Assembly (NCBI GenBank): GCA_017623615.1 | Contig: JAGAOT010000014.1 | Coordinates: 78,958 to 110,957, forward strand | Source: Clostridia bacterium | GTDB lineage: Bacteria > Bacillota > Clostridia > Oscillospirales > Acutalibacteraceae | DNA length: 32,000 nucleotides | Direction of reading: 5' to 3' | Shown here: positions 9,176 to 18,259 of the stretch, piece after piece | How the letters are laid out: every line of letters starts with the position of its first letter | How positions within the stretch are numbered: position 1 is the stretch's first letter | Notes under the pieces: generated by a model | The model's database searches: none | Seen by the model: only the letters and a program-made list of their open reading frames with translations | What the model was told of the DNA's origin: nothing | Made by a program: the position numbers and the translations under genes

Positions 9176-9204
9176 ATAATAGCACCGAAAAAATGATTTG
9201 TCAA
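9176..9204 (-). promoter_or_regulatory. Sigma-70-type promoter driving the T-box leader
   Basis: Minus strand TTGACA (9199-9204), 17-nt spacer, TATTAT (9176-9181). Confidence 0.7.
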
Positions 9205-9218
9205 CAGTTTTTTTGAAA

Positions 9219-10796
9219 TTAATTTTTAGCCTCAAACCAAAACTCAACGCCGTTTGAAAGGTTGCTAAAGCCGTATCTGAAGCCGTGCAGGTCAAAAATC
9301 TGCCTGCAAATCGCAAGCCCCATGCCCGTTGAGCCGTCGTTGACGCGGGCTTTGTCATGCTTATAAAATTCTTCCCATATATGCGGCGCATCCTCCCCGC
9401 CGATTTGACTGCCGCTGTTAAAAACCGCAACTTTGATTTGATTTTGCACCGCCGAAACCGATAATCTCACTTCGCCGTTTTCGGGAGTATGCTTAACGGC
9501 GTTTGAAAGAAAATTATCAACCGCAAGCGCGATAAGCTCTTTGTTGCAGTTAAGAAACAGCTCATTGTGCAAATCAAGCTTTGTATCTATGCTTTTGTCG
9601 CTGAATAAAGCGGCATATTTTTTCAGCTCGTCGCGCATAACTGCTGAAACATCAACCTTTTCACGGCTGATGCTTTCGGTTGAGATAAGCTTGTTATATT
9701 GCAAAAGCGTTGCCACAAGCCTGTTCATGCGCAGGGCTTCCGAATAAACGGAGCGCACATATTCTTCGTTTTTCTCCGGCGCAACGTTTTCAAGAATGCA
9801 TTCGCATTGGTTTGATATAATCGCAATGGGCGTTTTAAGCTCGTGCGCCGCCGCGCTTGTGAACGCAATTCTCGACTGCTCAAGCTGTTTGTTTTTATTA
9901 TAGATTTTATTTGCGGCACAGAAAATAACAACAGCTATAATCAAGAACACTACGGTAAAGCTTATTTGCATGCTTTTGAACGATGGCGAAAAAAGCACTC
10001 CCGCAACAGGTCTGTAGCCCGAACGGATATGCACATTATAGAGCTTGCCGTCAAGCTTGAAAACCTCATCCCATTCAAAGTAATCCGATGCTATGCAGCC
10101 ACCTCCGCCTTCCGAAGAATCTCCGCTCATCATCAGCGTAATTTTACTGCCGAAGGTTTCTTCACAAAGCGATTTGTAAAACTTATGGTGATAGTGGCTT
10201 TCATCAATCATCCAGTCCCGTGTCATGAAGCTGTCAAAAATATTGCCTCCATTTTCTTCGCTGTCACACGTGAACTCGGCTTTTTTATCCGAGAAAACAA
10301 CTTCTTCCGTCTTTTCAATTCCCTTTTTAAAGCCTTTTATGAAAATACTGACAGGAACAATCTCCCCGTTTTCAACGCAGTAATCAATGCGGTATGTTCT
10401 CACGCTTTTATACTTTTCGTAAAAATCATTAATCTGCTTCATGGTTTCCGATGTTAGGTAATCATCCAAACAGCAGTATTTATCCTCACCGCCCGTCTCA
10501 TAAAAAAACATTATATAATTGCCCGATTTTGCGATAACATTTCCGTCTTCGTCATATAAAACTGCGGCAGTCGGGAAAAACGAAAAACTCGCAATTTGCG
10601 TAACCGTGTGCGCTGCATATGCTATTCCGCTGTCCTCGCTCAGTTTTGAAAAATTCAGCCTTTGCATATTTTCCGCGGAATCGTGAAATTCCGTTATCAT
10701 ATTTGTTCGCACCCCGTCATAGACGAGATATGTGCTTATGCCGTAAAAAACAGCAAGCACAGCCGCGATAATCGAAAAAAGTTTTTTCTTTTTCAT
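9219..10796 (-). CDS. Sensor histidine kinase (two TM segments, ~250-aa extracytoplasmic domain, HisKA + HATPase_c)
   Basis: H-box FTSAAAHELKTPIA. N and G boxes in the C-terminal part (LSNAVKHTPENG, GSTGMGLAICRQI). Start set at ATG 10796 (MKKKKLFSII), 9 nt after GAGG; the track GTG 10805 overlaps the SD. Confidence 0.85.
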   Translation of the reverse strand: MKKKKLFSIIAAVLAVFYGISTYLVYDGVRTNMITEFHDSAENMQRLNFSKLSEDSGIAYAAHTVTQIASFSFFPTAAVLYDEDGNVIAKSGNYIMFFYETGGEDKYCCLDDYLTSETMKQINDFYEKYKSVRTYRIDYCVENGEIVPVSIFIKGFKKGIEKTEEVVFSDKKAEFTCDSEENGGNIFDSFMTRDWMIDESHYHHKFYKSLCEETFGSKITLMMSGDSSEGGGGCIASDYFEWDEVFKLDGKLYNVHIRSGYRPVAGVLFSPSFKSMQISFTVVFLIIAVVIFCAANKIYNKNKQLEQSRIAFTSAAAHELKTPIAIISNQCECILENVAPEKNEEYVRSVYSEALRMNRLVATLLQYNKLISTESISREKVDVSAVMRDELKKYAALFSDKSIDTKLDLHNELFLNCNKELIALAVDNFLSNAVKHTPENGEVRLSVSAVQNQIKVAVFNSGSQIGGEDAPHIWEEFYKHDKARVNDGSTGMGLAICRQIFDLHGFRYGFSNLSNGVEFWFEAKN

Positions 10797-10816
10797 TTTA
10801 TTCACCTCTTTGTTTC

Positions 10817-10843
10817 AGGGTCGATGTGGGCATCGGCCCCTAC
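10817..10843 (-). repeat. GC-rich palindromic repeat (REP-like) between the response-regulator and kinase genes
   Basis: Plus strand AGGGTCGATGTGGGCATCGGCCCCTAC, one mismatch to 6502-6528. Its CTA (10840-10842) is the TAG stop of the response regulator. No T-run follows it on the minus strand. Confidence 0.7.
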
Positions 10844-11508
10844 TTCACCTCAAAACAGTAGCCCACGTTGATAACGGTTTTTATGCAATCCGATTTTTCG
10901 CCGAGGGCTTTGCGGATTATTTTGATGTGGGTATCCACAACCCTCTCGTCGCCGTCAAAATCATATCCCCAGATTCGCGACAGAATAATTTCTCTTTTGA
11001 GCACAATGTTTTTGTTATCCATAAGATATTTCAAAAGCTTGAAATCCTTGTTTGAAAGAACGATTTCCTTTCCGTCAACAAAAACCTTTCTTGCCGCAAG
11101 GTCAAGGATTATCCCGTTTTCCTCCATGCGGTTTTCGCGGTCAATGCCGCGGTATCGCCTTATTGTTGCCATGCATTTTTCATAGAGAACGGAAAGCGGA
11201 TAAGGCTTTGTCAGATAATCGTCACAACCCGCGGAATAGCCCGCCAAAAAGTCGCGCTCATCGCCCAAGGCAGTCAAAAAAAGAATGGGCGCGGAGTTTT
11301 CTTTCCTTATGCTTCGGCATGCGGTTATTCCGTTTATTTCAGGCATCATTATGTCGAGTATAATAAGGTCAAAATCCTGCTCGGAAGCCTTTTCGCATGC
11401 ATCTTCGCCGTCTTTTGCAAGAACAACCTCCAGCCCCTTTGCGCAGAGGTAATCCCTGACTGTTTCGCGCATTTTAATTTCATCATCGGCAAAAAGTATT
11501 TTGAACAC
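10840..11508 (-). CDS. OmpR/PhoB-family response regulator
   Basis: 222 aa. Receiver domain (FADDE...DLIILDIMMPEING) plus winged-helix output (RIWGYDFDGDERVVDTHIKIIRKAL). GTG start 11508, 6 nt after GGGGGAG. Confidence 0.9.
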   Translation of the reverse strand: MFKILFADDEIKMRETVRDYLCAKGLEVVLAKDGEDACEKASEQDFDLIILDIMMPEINGITACRSIRKENSAPILFLTALGDERDFLAGYSAGCDDYLTKPYPLSVLYEKCMATIRRYRGIDRENRMEENGIILDLAARKVFVDGKEIVLSNKDFKLLKYLMDNKNIVLKREIILSRIWGYDFDGDERVVDTHIKIIRKALGEKSDCIKTVINVGYCFEVK

Positions 11509-11566
11509 ACTGCACTCCCCCTTTCGCCATGATTATATTATACACATTTGTAATTTGTGTGTCATT

Positions 11567-11600
11567 AAAAAAATTTCCCTGTGTCTTTCGGCACAGGGAA
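11567..11600 (-). terminator. Intrinsic terminator after the phosphosugar mutase gene
   Basis: Stem TTCCCTGTG (11575-11583) / CACAGGGAA (11592-11600), with a 7-nt T-run on the minus strand (plus-strand A-run 11567-11573). Confidence 0.8.
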
Positions 11601-11605
11601 TAAAA

Positions 11606-13237
11606 TTATTCTGCAATAATTTTATACAGTTTATTATGTATATCCGCTTTTCGGCTTTCTGCCTGCTCGCGGTTTTCACCCTTGACGGAAAAATACATTT
11701 TCAGCTTAGGCTCTGTTCCTGAGGGTCTGACCGCCGCCCATGAGCCGTCCTTAAAATCAAAACGGAGCACGTTTTCCTTGGGCAAATCATCAATGCCCTT
11801 TGAATAGTCGAGAAGCACATCAATATCGTCAAAGAGGTCATTGCCCGTTTCGCGCAGGGATTTCATTGCGGACTGAATCTTTTCCGCGCCCTCTTTGCCC
11901 TTTAAAACAACGGTTTCAAGGCAGTCATAGTAATAGCCGTATTCGGCATAGACCGCATCGAGTGCATCAACAAGAGTTTTGCCTTTATTCTTATAGTATG
12001 CCGCCATTTCGGCGATAAGCATTGCAGATGAAACGGCATCCTTATCCCTCGCATGAGTGCCCGCAAGGTAGCCGTAGCTCTCCTCATAGCCGAAAAGGAA
12101 GGTTTGCTCGCCGCTTTCTTCCCAACGACAGATTTTTTCTCCGATATACTTAAAGCCCGTGAGAGTCTGCACAGCCTTTGCGCCGTGCTTTTCCGCAATG
12201 GCTGCACCAAGCCCGCTTGTTACGATTGTTTTGACAACGGCGGCATTCTTCGGCATGCTGTCTTTCTTGAATTTGAGAACAAAATCAACAAGAAGCGCGC
12301 CCGTCTGGTTGCCCGTTAAAAGAGTGTATGCGCCGTTATGAAGAACGCCAACGCCTATTCTGTCGCAGTCGGGGTCGGTGCCGATAACAACATCCGCGCC
12401 CTCTGCCTCGGCTTGTTTAAGGGCAAGGGTGAGAGCATCCTTTTCCTCGGGGTTGGGCGAACGCACGGTTGAAAAATCGCCGTCGGGCAGCTCTTGCGCC
12501 TTAACGATTGAAACATTCTTGCCATCAAGAATGCGGCGAACGGGGATATTGCCCGTGCCGTGAAGCGCGGTGTAAACTATTTTAAGCTCCGACGGCTCAT
12601 TATAAAGGCTCTGCTTTTTAACCTCGGTAAGAAATGCATTGAGAGTGTCGTCGCCTATCATAACAAGTCTGCCGCTCTTTTCAGCTTCGTCAAGCGAAAC
12701 AGACGGAATGTTTTTGATATCCTCAACCGCATTTACAAAAGCAATAACCTTGTCGGCATATTGCGGAACAAGCTGGCAGCCTTTGCTGTCATAAACCTTG
12801 TAGCCGTTGTATTCCTTGGGATTGTGGCTTGCGGTTATAACTATGCCCGCGGTGCAGTTGTGGTATCTGACCGCAAAGGAAAGAACGGGGGTCGGCATAA
12901 GAGTATCGAAAAGATAAACCTTGATTCCCGCCGCGCAGAGAACGCCCGCCGCGGTTTGCGCAAAAAATTGAGAATTGTTTCTTGAATCAAACGCGATTGC
13001 AACGGATTTTTCGCCGTCAAACTCTGCGTTAAGATAATCCGCAAGACCCTTTGTTGCCTTTGAAACGGTGTATTTATTCATTCTGTTTGCGCCTGCGCCC
13101 ATAATTCCGCGCAGACCGCCCGTGCCGAATTCAAGCTCTTTATAAAATCTGTCCTCAAGCTCAGCCTTGTCGGTTATGCTTTCAAGCTCTTTTTTTGTTT
13201 CTTTATCAAATGTCAGCCAATATTCATATGCATTCAT
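11606..13237 (-). CDS. Phosphoglucomutase/phosphomannomutase-family phosphosugar mutase
   Basis: 543 aa. Active-site serine loop ITASHNPKEYNGYK, metal loop GTDPDCDRIG, and sugar-binding GYEESYGY. Confidence 0.9.
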   Translation of the reverse strand: MNAYEYWLTFDKETKKELESITDKAELEDRFYKELEFGTGGLRGIMGAGANRMNKYTVSKATKGLADYLNAEFDGEKSVAIAFDSRNNSQFFAQTAAGVLCAAGIKVYLFDTLMPTPVLSFAVRYHNCTAGIVITASHNPKEYNGYKVYDSKGCQLVPQYADKVIAFVNAVEDIKNIPSVSLDEAEKSGRLVMIGDDTLNAFLTEVKKQSLYNEPSELKIVYTALHGTGNIPVRRILDGKNVSIVKAQELPDGDFSTVRSPNPEEKDALTLALKQAEAEGADVVIGTDPDCDRIGVGVLHNGAYTLLTGNQTGALLVDFVLKFKKDSMPKNAAVVKTIVTSGLGAAIAEKHGAKAVQTLTGFKYIGEKICRWEESGEQTFLFGYEESYGYLAGTHARDKDAVSSAMLIAEMAAYYKNKGKTLVDALDAVYAEYGYYYDCLETVVLKGKEGAEKIQSAMKSLRETGNDLFDDIDVLLDYSKGIDDLPKENVLRFDFKDGSWAAVRPSGTEPKLKMYFSVKGENREQAESRKADIHNKLYKIIAE

Positions 13238-13241
13238 AAAT

Positions 13242-16181
13242 TCACATCCTAAATCCGAGAGTTATTATTTCAAACGGGGAATATTCTATTTTGTCGCTTT
13301 CGCCGATTTCATCTTCGAGCATGTTGAGAACCGCGGCTTTTTCGGGCAATTCGACAACTCCCCTTTCGCCGTTTTGCTCACAAAGACGAACAACGATGTA
13401 TTTGCCGTTTTCGGAAAGCTTGACTGCCTGAAGCCAGAGCTTGCCGAAATCGGGCAGAGCGCATTCAACATCCGCCTTGCGGAGCGGAACATTGTATTCA
13501 AACGCTGTCTTGTTGATATCCGCGCTGACGGCATCACCCGCATGGGGATAAATCATATAGCAGAAGTTATGCGTACCCATATCCGAGGTCGGGTCGGGTC
13601 TTATCGTTGCACGCAGAAGCGACAAAGCCATTGTTGAGCCCTCTGCCGATACGCCGTATTTACCCTCATTTATGAGCGCAACGCCGCCCCCCTGCTCCGC
13701 CATGTCGCACCATTTATGGTGGCACACCTCAAAGCGCGCCTGCTGCCAGCTTGTGTTGCGGTGGGTTTCGCGGCGGATTATACCCGCCGATGTATCACAA
13801 ACAAGCTCGCGGCTCAAAACATTGCAGCCGTATTCAGCCTTAACAAGCTTATGCTTTTCGTTCCAATCAACAATATTTTCAATTTCAATTCCTCTTGAAT
13901 CGCGGAAAAGGCGGATTATCATTTGCCATTCGCTCTTTTCCGTTGCAAGAGTTACCGAAAACTCGGCGCATTCGCCGTCAGCCATGATAAATTCAAGCGG
14001 CTTTTTAACCGCAATTTCGCAGGGTCTGTCCTTATAGTTGGGAAGAATATCCCATGCATCATAGTTGCCGGGTGTATCGTGATACATTTTCAGCTTGTTG
14101 AAATCTCCCTTTACCCATTCGCGGCAAAGCTCTTTATCGCGCAGGGAAAGAATACTGCCGTCGGGAGCAAATTTTATTGAATAAAGCGGAGTTTCAACAT
14201 TGTTACCGTTAACACTTATCCAATCGGTGCCGCCCTTTGCAGGCTCAATTTGTCCGCTTGAAAGAGCAAATATATCGGGAATTGTGTAATAACCCTTTTC
14301 ACCCTTGCGGATGATATTTCCGTTTTTATCGGGAATGAAAGTAACGCTTTTTCTTTTAAAATTGAGCGTGTTTAAATACTTTGTACCGCCGCCTATGATT
14401 TCTGCGAGGTCTTTTTCCATTTGCTCATAGTCAGCCATTGCATCGCGGTAAACGGGCGTTATATGGCTGCCGGGCAAAATATCGTGAAACTGATTTATCA
14501 TCAGCTTTTTATAGATTTCTCTCAATTTTTCAGCGGGATATTCTTTGCCGTTTTTCATGCGCAGAACGCTCAAAAGCTCGGCATCGCGAAGCATAAATTC
14601 GAGCTTTCGGTTATATGCCTTCATCTTTGATTTTGTAGTAAAGGTGCCTCTGTGCATTTCAAGATAAAGCTCGCCGTCCCATGTTGCAAGCTTATCGTTG
14701 CCGTCGAAATTCTTTTTGAGGAATTCACTGCCCGTTGTATGCTCCGTTTTGGGCATTACGGAAAGCTTTTCAAAGCGGTGCATAAGCTCAACCATTTCTT
14801 CGGTTGCGCCGCTGCCGCCATCGCCGTAGCCAAACATTTGCAGAGTCTGACCGCCCTCGTTTTTATCCTGATATGCCTCCCAGTTTTCCTGCACCTGGCT
14901 GGGCATATTCCACGTTATAAAGTGAGTGGGCGGCACGCAGGCATAAACCTCGGAGCCGTCAATGCCTTTCCAGATGAAGTTGTTGTGAGGGAAGCGGTTT
15001 GTGTCGTTCCACGTTGACATTTTGTTGGAAACAAAATAGTCCACTCCGCTCTTTTTGAGAATCTGCGGCAAAATCCAGCTGTTGCCGAAAACATCGGGCA
15101 GCCAGCAGTTGTTGACCGTTAATCCGAATTTTTCGCGGAAATAGCTCTGACCGTAAAGGCATTGGCGGATAAGGCTTTCGCAGGCGGGCACATTGCAGTC
15201 CGGCTCAACATACATTGCGCCTACGGGCTCAAACCTGCCCTCGGCAATTCTCTTTTTAAGCTCTTCAAAAATTTCGGGATAATATTTTTCAACCGTTTCG
15301 TATGTATAAGCCTGCGTATGGGCGTATTTGAAATCGGGGTATTTATCCATTAATCGAAGCTGAATGAGCACCGTTCGCAGATTTTTTTGAACGGCATGAA
15401 TTCTGCGCCAATAATATGCAATGTCAAGGTGAGAATGCGCAACAAGCGCAACATTGCCGCTGCCCTTATAATCTTTATTAGCGAAAATATTTTCGTCAAT
15501 ATATTTTGATGCCGCTATCACATCCTCATCGCGCAAATCGTCAAAATCAATGAGATTGAGCGCCGCATCAAGCCCGCGGATAACCATTGCGGAAAAGTCC
15601 TCGTTAAAGACCTCGCTGAGTGCCGCATCAAGCAGCATTTCGATATCATAAACCAGCGACTGAACCGCTTCGTTGACAACGGAAATATAACCGCCCTCAA
15701 AAATCTGTCTGCAGCCCCTTACGCTGAGGCTTTCGGGGTTACGCTCGTCATCGGGCTTTGAGCGGTTGTAGCCCATAATTTCAAAATGCAGCTTTCTGCC
15801 CTCAGCATAGTCGGAAAGATTGAGCCTTTCGCGGTTGGGGTCAATGCCGCCGACATAAACGCCGTTGACCTTAACAATCATTTCCGCGGCGGTTTTGAGA
15901 GAGAAGCAGTATTTTTTACCCTCAAGATGCGCGGGCAATTCATAATCAGCTTCGATAAACGCCGTGCCGTCGGGAGTGAAATACATATCGCCCTTTTTGA
16001 GCGGTCTGAATTCTTCGTCATAAAACTCAAAATTCATTTCGGACACCTGACGGGCATCCTTTATCATAAATGTTGTTATTTCGTTTTTCTCGCTGTAAAT
16101 ATGTCTTTTGAGCCAGCCGAAGCGAAGCTGAATCCATTCCTCGGGCCTCATGCTTCTTCGCTGAACCTTAATATGTGCCAT
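13242..16181 (-). CDS. GH38 alpha-mannosidase
   Basis: 979 aa. Has the GH38 N-terminal signature VAHSHLDIAYYW and the typical length and architecture. SD GAGGTGAAG upstream. Its stop lies 4 nt from the mutase ATG. Confidence 0.85.
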   Translation of the reverse strand: MAHIKVQRRSMRPEEWIQLRFGWLKRHIYSEKNEITTFMIKDARQVSEMNFEFYDEEFRPLKKGDMYFTPDGTAFIEADYELPAHLEGKKYCFSLKTAAEMIVKVNGVYVGGIDPNRERLNLSDYAEGRKLHFEIMGYNRSKPDDERNPESLSVRGCRQIFEGGYISVVNEAVQSLVYDIEMLLDAALSEVFNEDFSAMVIRGLDAALNLIDFDDLRDEDVIAASKYIDENIFANKDYKGSGNVALVAHSHLDIAYYWRRIHAVQKNLRTVLIQLRLMDKYPDFKYAHTQAYTYETVEKYYPEIFEELKKRIAEGRFEPVGAMYVEPDCNVPACESLIRQCLYGQSYFREKFGLTVNNCWLPDVFGNSWILPQILKKSGVDYFVSNKMSTWNDTNRFPHNNFIWKGIDGSEVYACVPPTHFITWNMPSQVQENWEAYQDKNEGGQTLQMFGYGDGGSGATEEMVELMHRFEKLSVMPKTEHTTGSEFLKKNFDGNDKLATWDGELYLEMHRGTFTTKSKMKAYNRKLEFMLRDAELLSVLRMKNGKEYPAEKLREIYKKLMINQFHDILPGSHITPVYRDAMADYEQMEKDLAEIIGGGTKYLNTLNFKRKSVTFIPDKNGNIIRKGEKGYYTIPDIFALSSGQIEPAKGGTDWISVNGNNVETPLYSIKFAPDGSILSLRDKELCREWVKGDFNKLKMYHDTPGNYDAWDILPNYKDRPCEIAVKKPLEFIMADGECAEFSVTLATEKSEWQMIIRLFRDSRGIEIENIVDWNEKHKLVKAEYGCNVLSRELVCDTSAGIIRRETHRNTSWQQARFEVCHHKWCDMAEQGGGVALINEGKYGVSAEGSTMALSLLRATIRPDPTSDMGTHNFCYMIYPHAGDAVSADINKTAFEYNVPLRKADVECALPDFGKLWLQAVKLSENGKYIVVRLCEQNGERGVVELPEKAAVLNMLEDEIGESDKIEYSPFEIITLGFRM

Positions 16182-16192
16182 TGCGCTTCACC

Positions 16193-16426
16193 TCACACAT
16201 CCTGAAAATAAGGTTTTTTACGAATGCCGATAATCTTAACCTTTTCGCCTCTGTCGGCTTCAACTCTTTGCTCAATCCAAGCAAGGCAGCGGTCAAGAAT
16301 AAGGCATTTTGAGCATTCGCCCTGCAAAAGAACGGTTACTTCATCGCCCTCTTGCTTAACGAAGGTTATTTCGCCGCCATCGCCCTGAAGCCTCGGGCGG
16401 ATATATTCATTGATATATTTTTCCAA
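16193..16426 (-). CDS. NifU-like (Nfu C-terminal domain) small Fe-S scaffold-type protein
   Basis: 77 aa: IRPRLQGDGGEITFVKQEGDEVTVLLQGECSKC with a CxxC pair. TTG start 16426 after GGGAGGTG. It is the first gene of the GH38 operon. Confidence 0.75.
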   Translation of the reverse strand: MEKYINEYIRPRLQGDGGEITFVKQEGDEVTVLLQGECSKCLILDRCLAWIEQRVEADRGEKVKIIGIRKKPYFQDV

Positions 16427-16457
16427 ATCGGCACCTCCCGATATTACTCTATTTTAG

Positions 16458-16486
16458 ATTATATCATCTATTTTTTTATCAATCAA
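16458..16486 (-). promoter_or_regulatory. Promoter of the nifU-like/GH38/mutase operon
   Basis: Minus strand TTGATT (16481-16486), 17-nt spacer, then TGaTATAAT extended -10 (TATAAT = 16458-16463). Confidence 0.65.
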
Positions 16487-16559
16487 TTAAAAATTTAATA
16501 AAATATAATATTTTTGCTTCCAAACGTGTGCAGGCTGTGGTAAAATTATTGTGAACTTG

Positions 16560-16683
16560 TAAGTGAAAAGTTAAAAGTGAAGAGTGCAAAGTTTTGGGTG
16601 GGCAAAGCCCACACCCAATTTATAATCTGTCATAGGCGGAGCCTATCCGCAACTTTTCACTTTTCATTCTTCACTCTTCACTA
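16560..16683. repeat. MITE-like / large palindromic element: ~33-bp imperfect terminal inverted repeats around a two-hairpin core
   Basis: Left arm 16560-16593 (TAAGTGAAAAGTTAAAAGTGAAGAGTGCAAAGTT) matches the reverse complement of right arm 16651-16683 at 27/33 positions with one gap. Core hairpins are TTGGGTGGGCAAAGCCCACACCCAA (16594-16618) and ATAGGCGGAGCCTAT (16632-16646). Confidence 0.6.
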
Positions 16684-16700
16684 AAAATCGGGGTGATTTG

Positions 16701-18248
16701 ATGTTTGTTGTTACAAGCAAGCAAATGTATGCGGCGGAGTGCAACGCCGTTAAAAGAGGAATATCCTTTCCGCAGCTTATGGAAAATGCGGGTCAGGCAT
16801 GCGCCAAAATCATAAAAAAGCATTTTTGCATCAGCAAGGAAAATCCGCGCAATGTGCTGATTATCTGCGGCAAGGGCAAAAACGGCGGTGACGGCTTTGT
16901 TATCGCCCGCAAAATGTGGGAATACGGCTGTGACGTTACCGTTATGCTTGCCTGCGGGGAGCCGAAGGCAAGGGACGCCGTTGACATGTTTTCGCTTGTT
17001 GAATCGGCGGGAATTAACATAGTAAGATATAACAATAACCTCACCGTTTTAAAGCCGCATCTTGAAAAAGCGGAGATAATTGTTGAGGCGGTTTTCGGCA
17101 CGGGCTTTACCGGCTCGCTTGACCATTCTTTGAGCGTTCTTGCGCAGGCGGTCAATGCCGCAAAGGCACCCGTTGTTGCGATTGATGTGCCTGCGGGTGC
17201 GGACTGCGACAGCGCAACCGTGCAGGGCACGGTTTTTAAAGCGGATATGACAATCGCAATTTCGGCATACAAGCCTATTCATATCATGAAGCCATGCAGC
17301 AAATACTGCGGAAAGCTTGTTGTTGCCGACATAGGCATAACAACCGATGATATCAAAAATATCGACAGCGTAACCTGCTTCACGCTCGGCACGCAGGAAG
17401 TCAAATCCATGCTTCCCAAGAGAAAGCCCGTTTCAAACAAGGGCACCTACGGGCACGCCCTTTGCGTTTGCGGAAGCATGAGGATGACGGGCGCGGCTTA
17501 TCTCGCCGTTGGCGGTGCTCTGCGCTGCGGCGCGGGGCTTGTTACCGCGGCATTCCCGCAGAGTGCATATCCTGCAATCGCGCCGAAGCTTACAGAGCCG
17601 CTTCTGCTGCCTCTTGAATCAAATTTTGAGGGCACCTTTGCCTTTTCCGCAATGGCGGGGGTTATCGAGGCATCAAGCCGCGCAACTGCGGTTTTGGCAG
17701 GCTGCGGACTCGGATTTAACAAAGACACAACCCTGCTGGTTACAAACCTTATAAAAGAAATAAAAAAACCGATGATTATTGATGCAGACGGCATAAATGC
17801 TTTGAGCACAAATATAGATATATTGAAAGAAGCCGAAGCACCGATAATCATAACTCCGCATCCGGGCGAAATGAGCCGACTTTGCGGCAAGAGCATTCCC
17901 GAAATTCTTGCAAACCCAATCTCGATTGCATATGATTTTGCAAAGAAATACGGCATAACGGTTGTCCTGAAAGGCGCAAACACCGTTGTATGCGACGGCA
18001 AAACAGACGGAATTTATGTTAACGCAACGGGCAATTCGGGGCTTGCGCGCGGCGGAAGCGGCGATTTGCTTGCAGGAATGGCGGTTTCATTCCTCGCGCA
18101 GGGCATGAAGCCGTTTGATGCGGCGATGTGTGCCGTTTATCTGCACGGCTTGTGTGCGGATGAGGTTGCAAAAAACACCTCTATGCGCGGAATGCTTCCG
18201 AGCGATGTTTTGAATTATCTGCCCGAGCTTTTTTCAAAATTTGAATAG
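16701..18248 (+). CDS. nnr: Bifunctional NAD(P)H-hydrate repair enzyme (epimerase + ADP-dependent dehydratase)
   Basis: YjeF_N motif CGKGKNGGDG. The C-terminal carbohydrate-kinase-like domain has GGSGDLLAG. ATG 16701 preferred over TTG 16698 (SD GGGGTGA 16690-16696). Ends in TAG 18246-18248. Confidence 0.9.
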   Translation: MFVVTSKQMYAAECNAVKRGISFPQLMENAGQACAKIIKKHFCISKENPRNVLIICGKGKNGGDGFVIARKMWEYGCDVTVMLACGEPKARDAVDMFSLVESAGINIVRYNNNLTVLKPHLEKAEIIVEAVFGTGFTGSLDHSLSVLAQAVNAAKAPVVAIDVPAGADCDSATVQGTVFKADMTIAISAYKPIHIMKPCSKYCGKLVVADIGITTDDIKNIDSVTCFTLGTQEVKSMLPKRKPVSNKGTYGHALCVCGSMRMTGAAYLAVGGALRCGAGLVTAAFPQSAYPAIAPKLTEPLLLPLESNFEGTFAFSAMAGVIEASSRATAVLAGCGLGFNKDTTLLVTNLIKEIKKPMIIDADGINALSTNIDILKEAEAPIIITPHPGEMSRLCGKSIPEILANPISIAYDFAKKYGITVVLKGANTVVCDGKTDGIYVNATGNSGLARGGSGDLLAGMAVSFLAQGMKPFDAAMCAVYLHGLCADEVAKNTSMRGMLPSDVLNYLPELFSKFE

Positions 18249-18259
18249 CAGGTGATTAT

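Noticed and set aside
8814-9430. Track ORFs 8814..9029, 8965..9204 and 9155..9430 (71-91 aa, minus strand)
   Set aside because: They overlap the T-box leader, its promoter and the kinase 3' end. They have no SD, and the T-box structure explains the sequence conservation features.
9843-10457. Long antisense or overlapping ORFs inside large genes (for example 9843..10457, 13167..13637, 17498..18001, 19293..19862, 22707..23225, 23843..24448, 25270..25755)
   Set aside because: These are shadow frames opposite well-supported genes with recognisable domains. They lack SD sites and have skewed, low-complexity translations.
2717-16683. CRISPR array formed by the GC-rich palindromic repeats
   Set aside because: The copies are kilobases apart, isolated, and not separated by regular spacers. 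No cas genes are present. They behave as dispersed REP-like elements.
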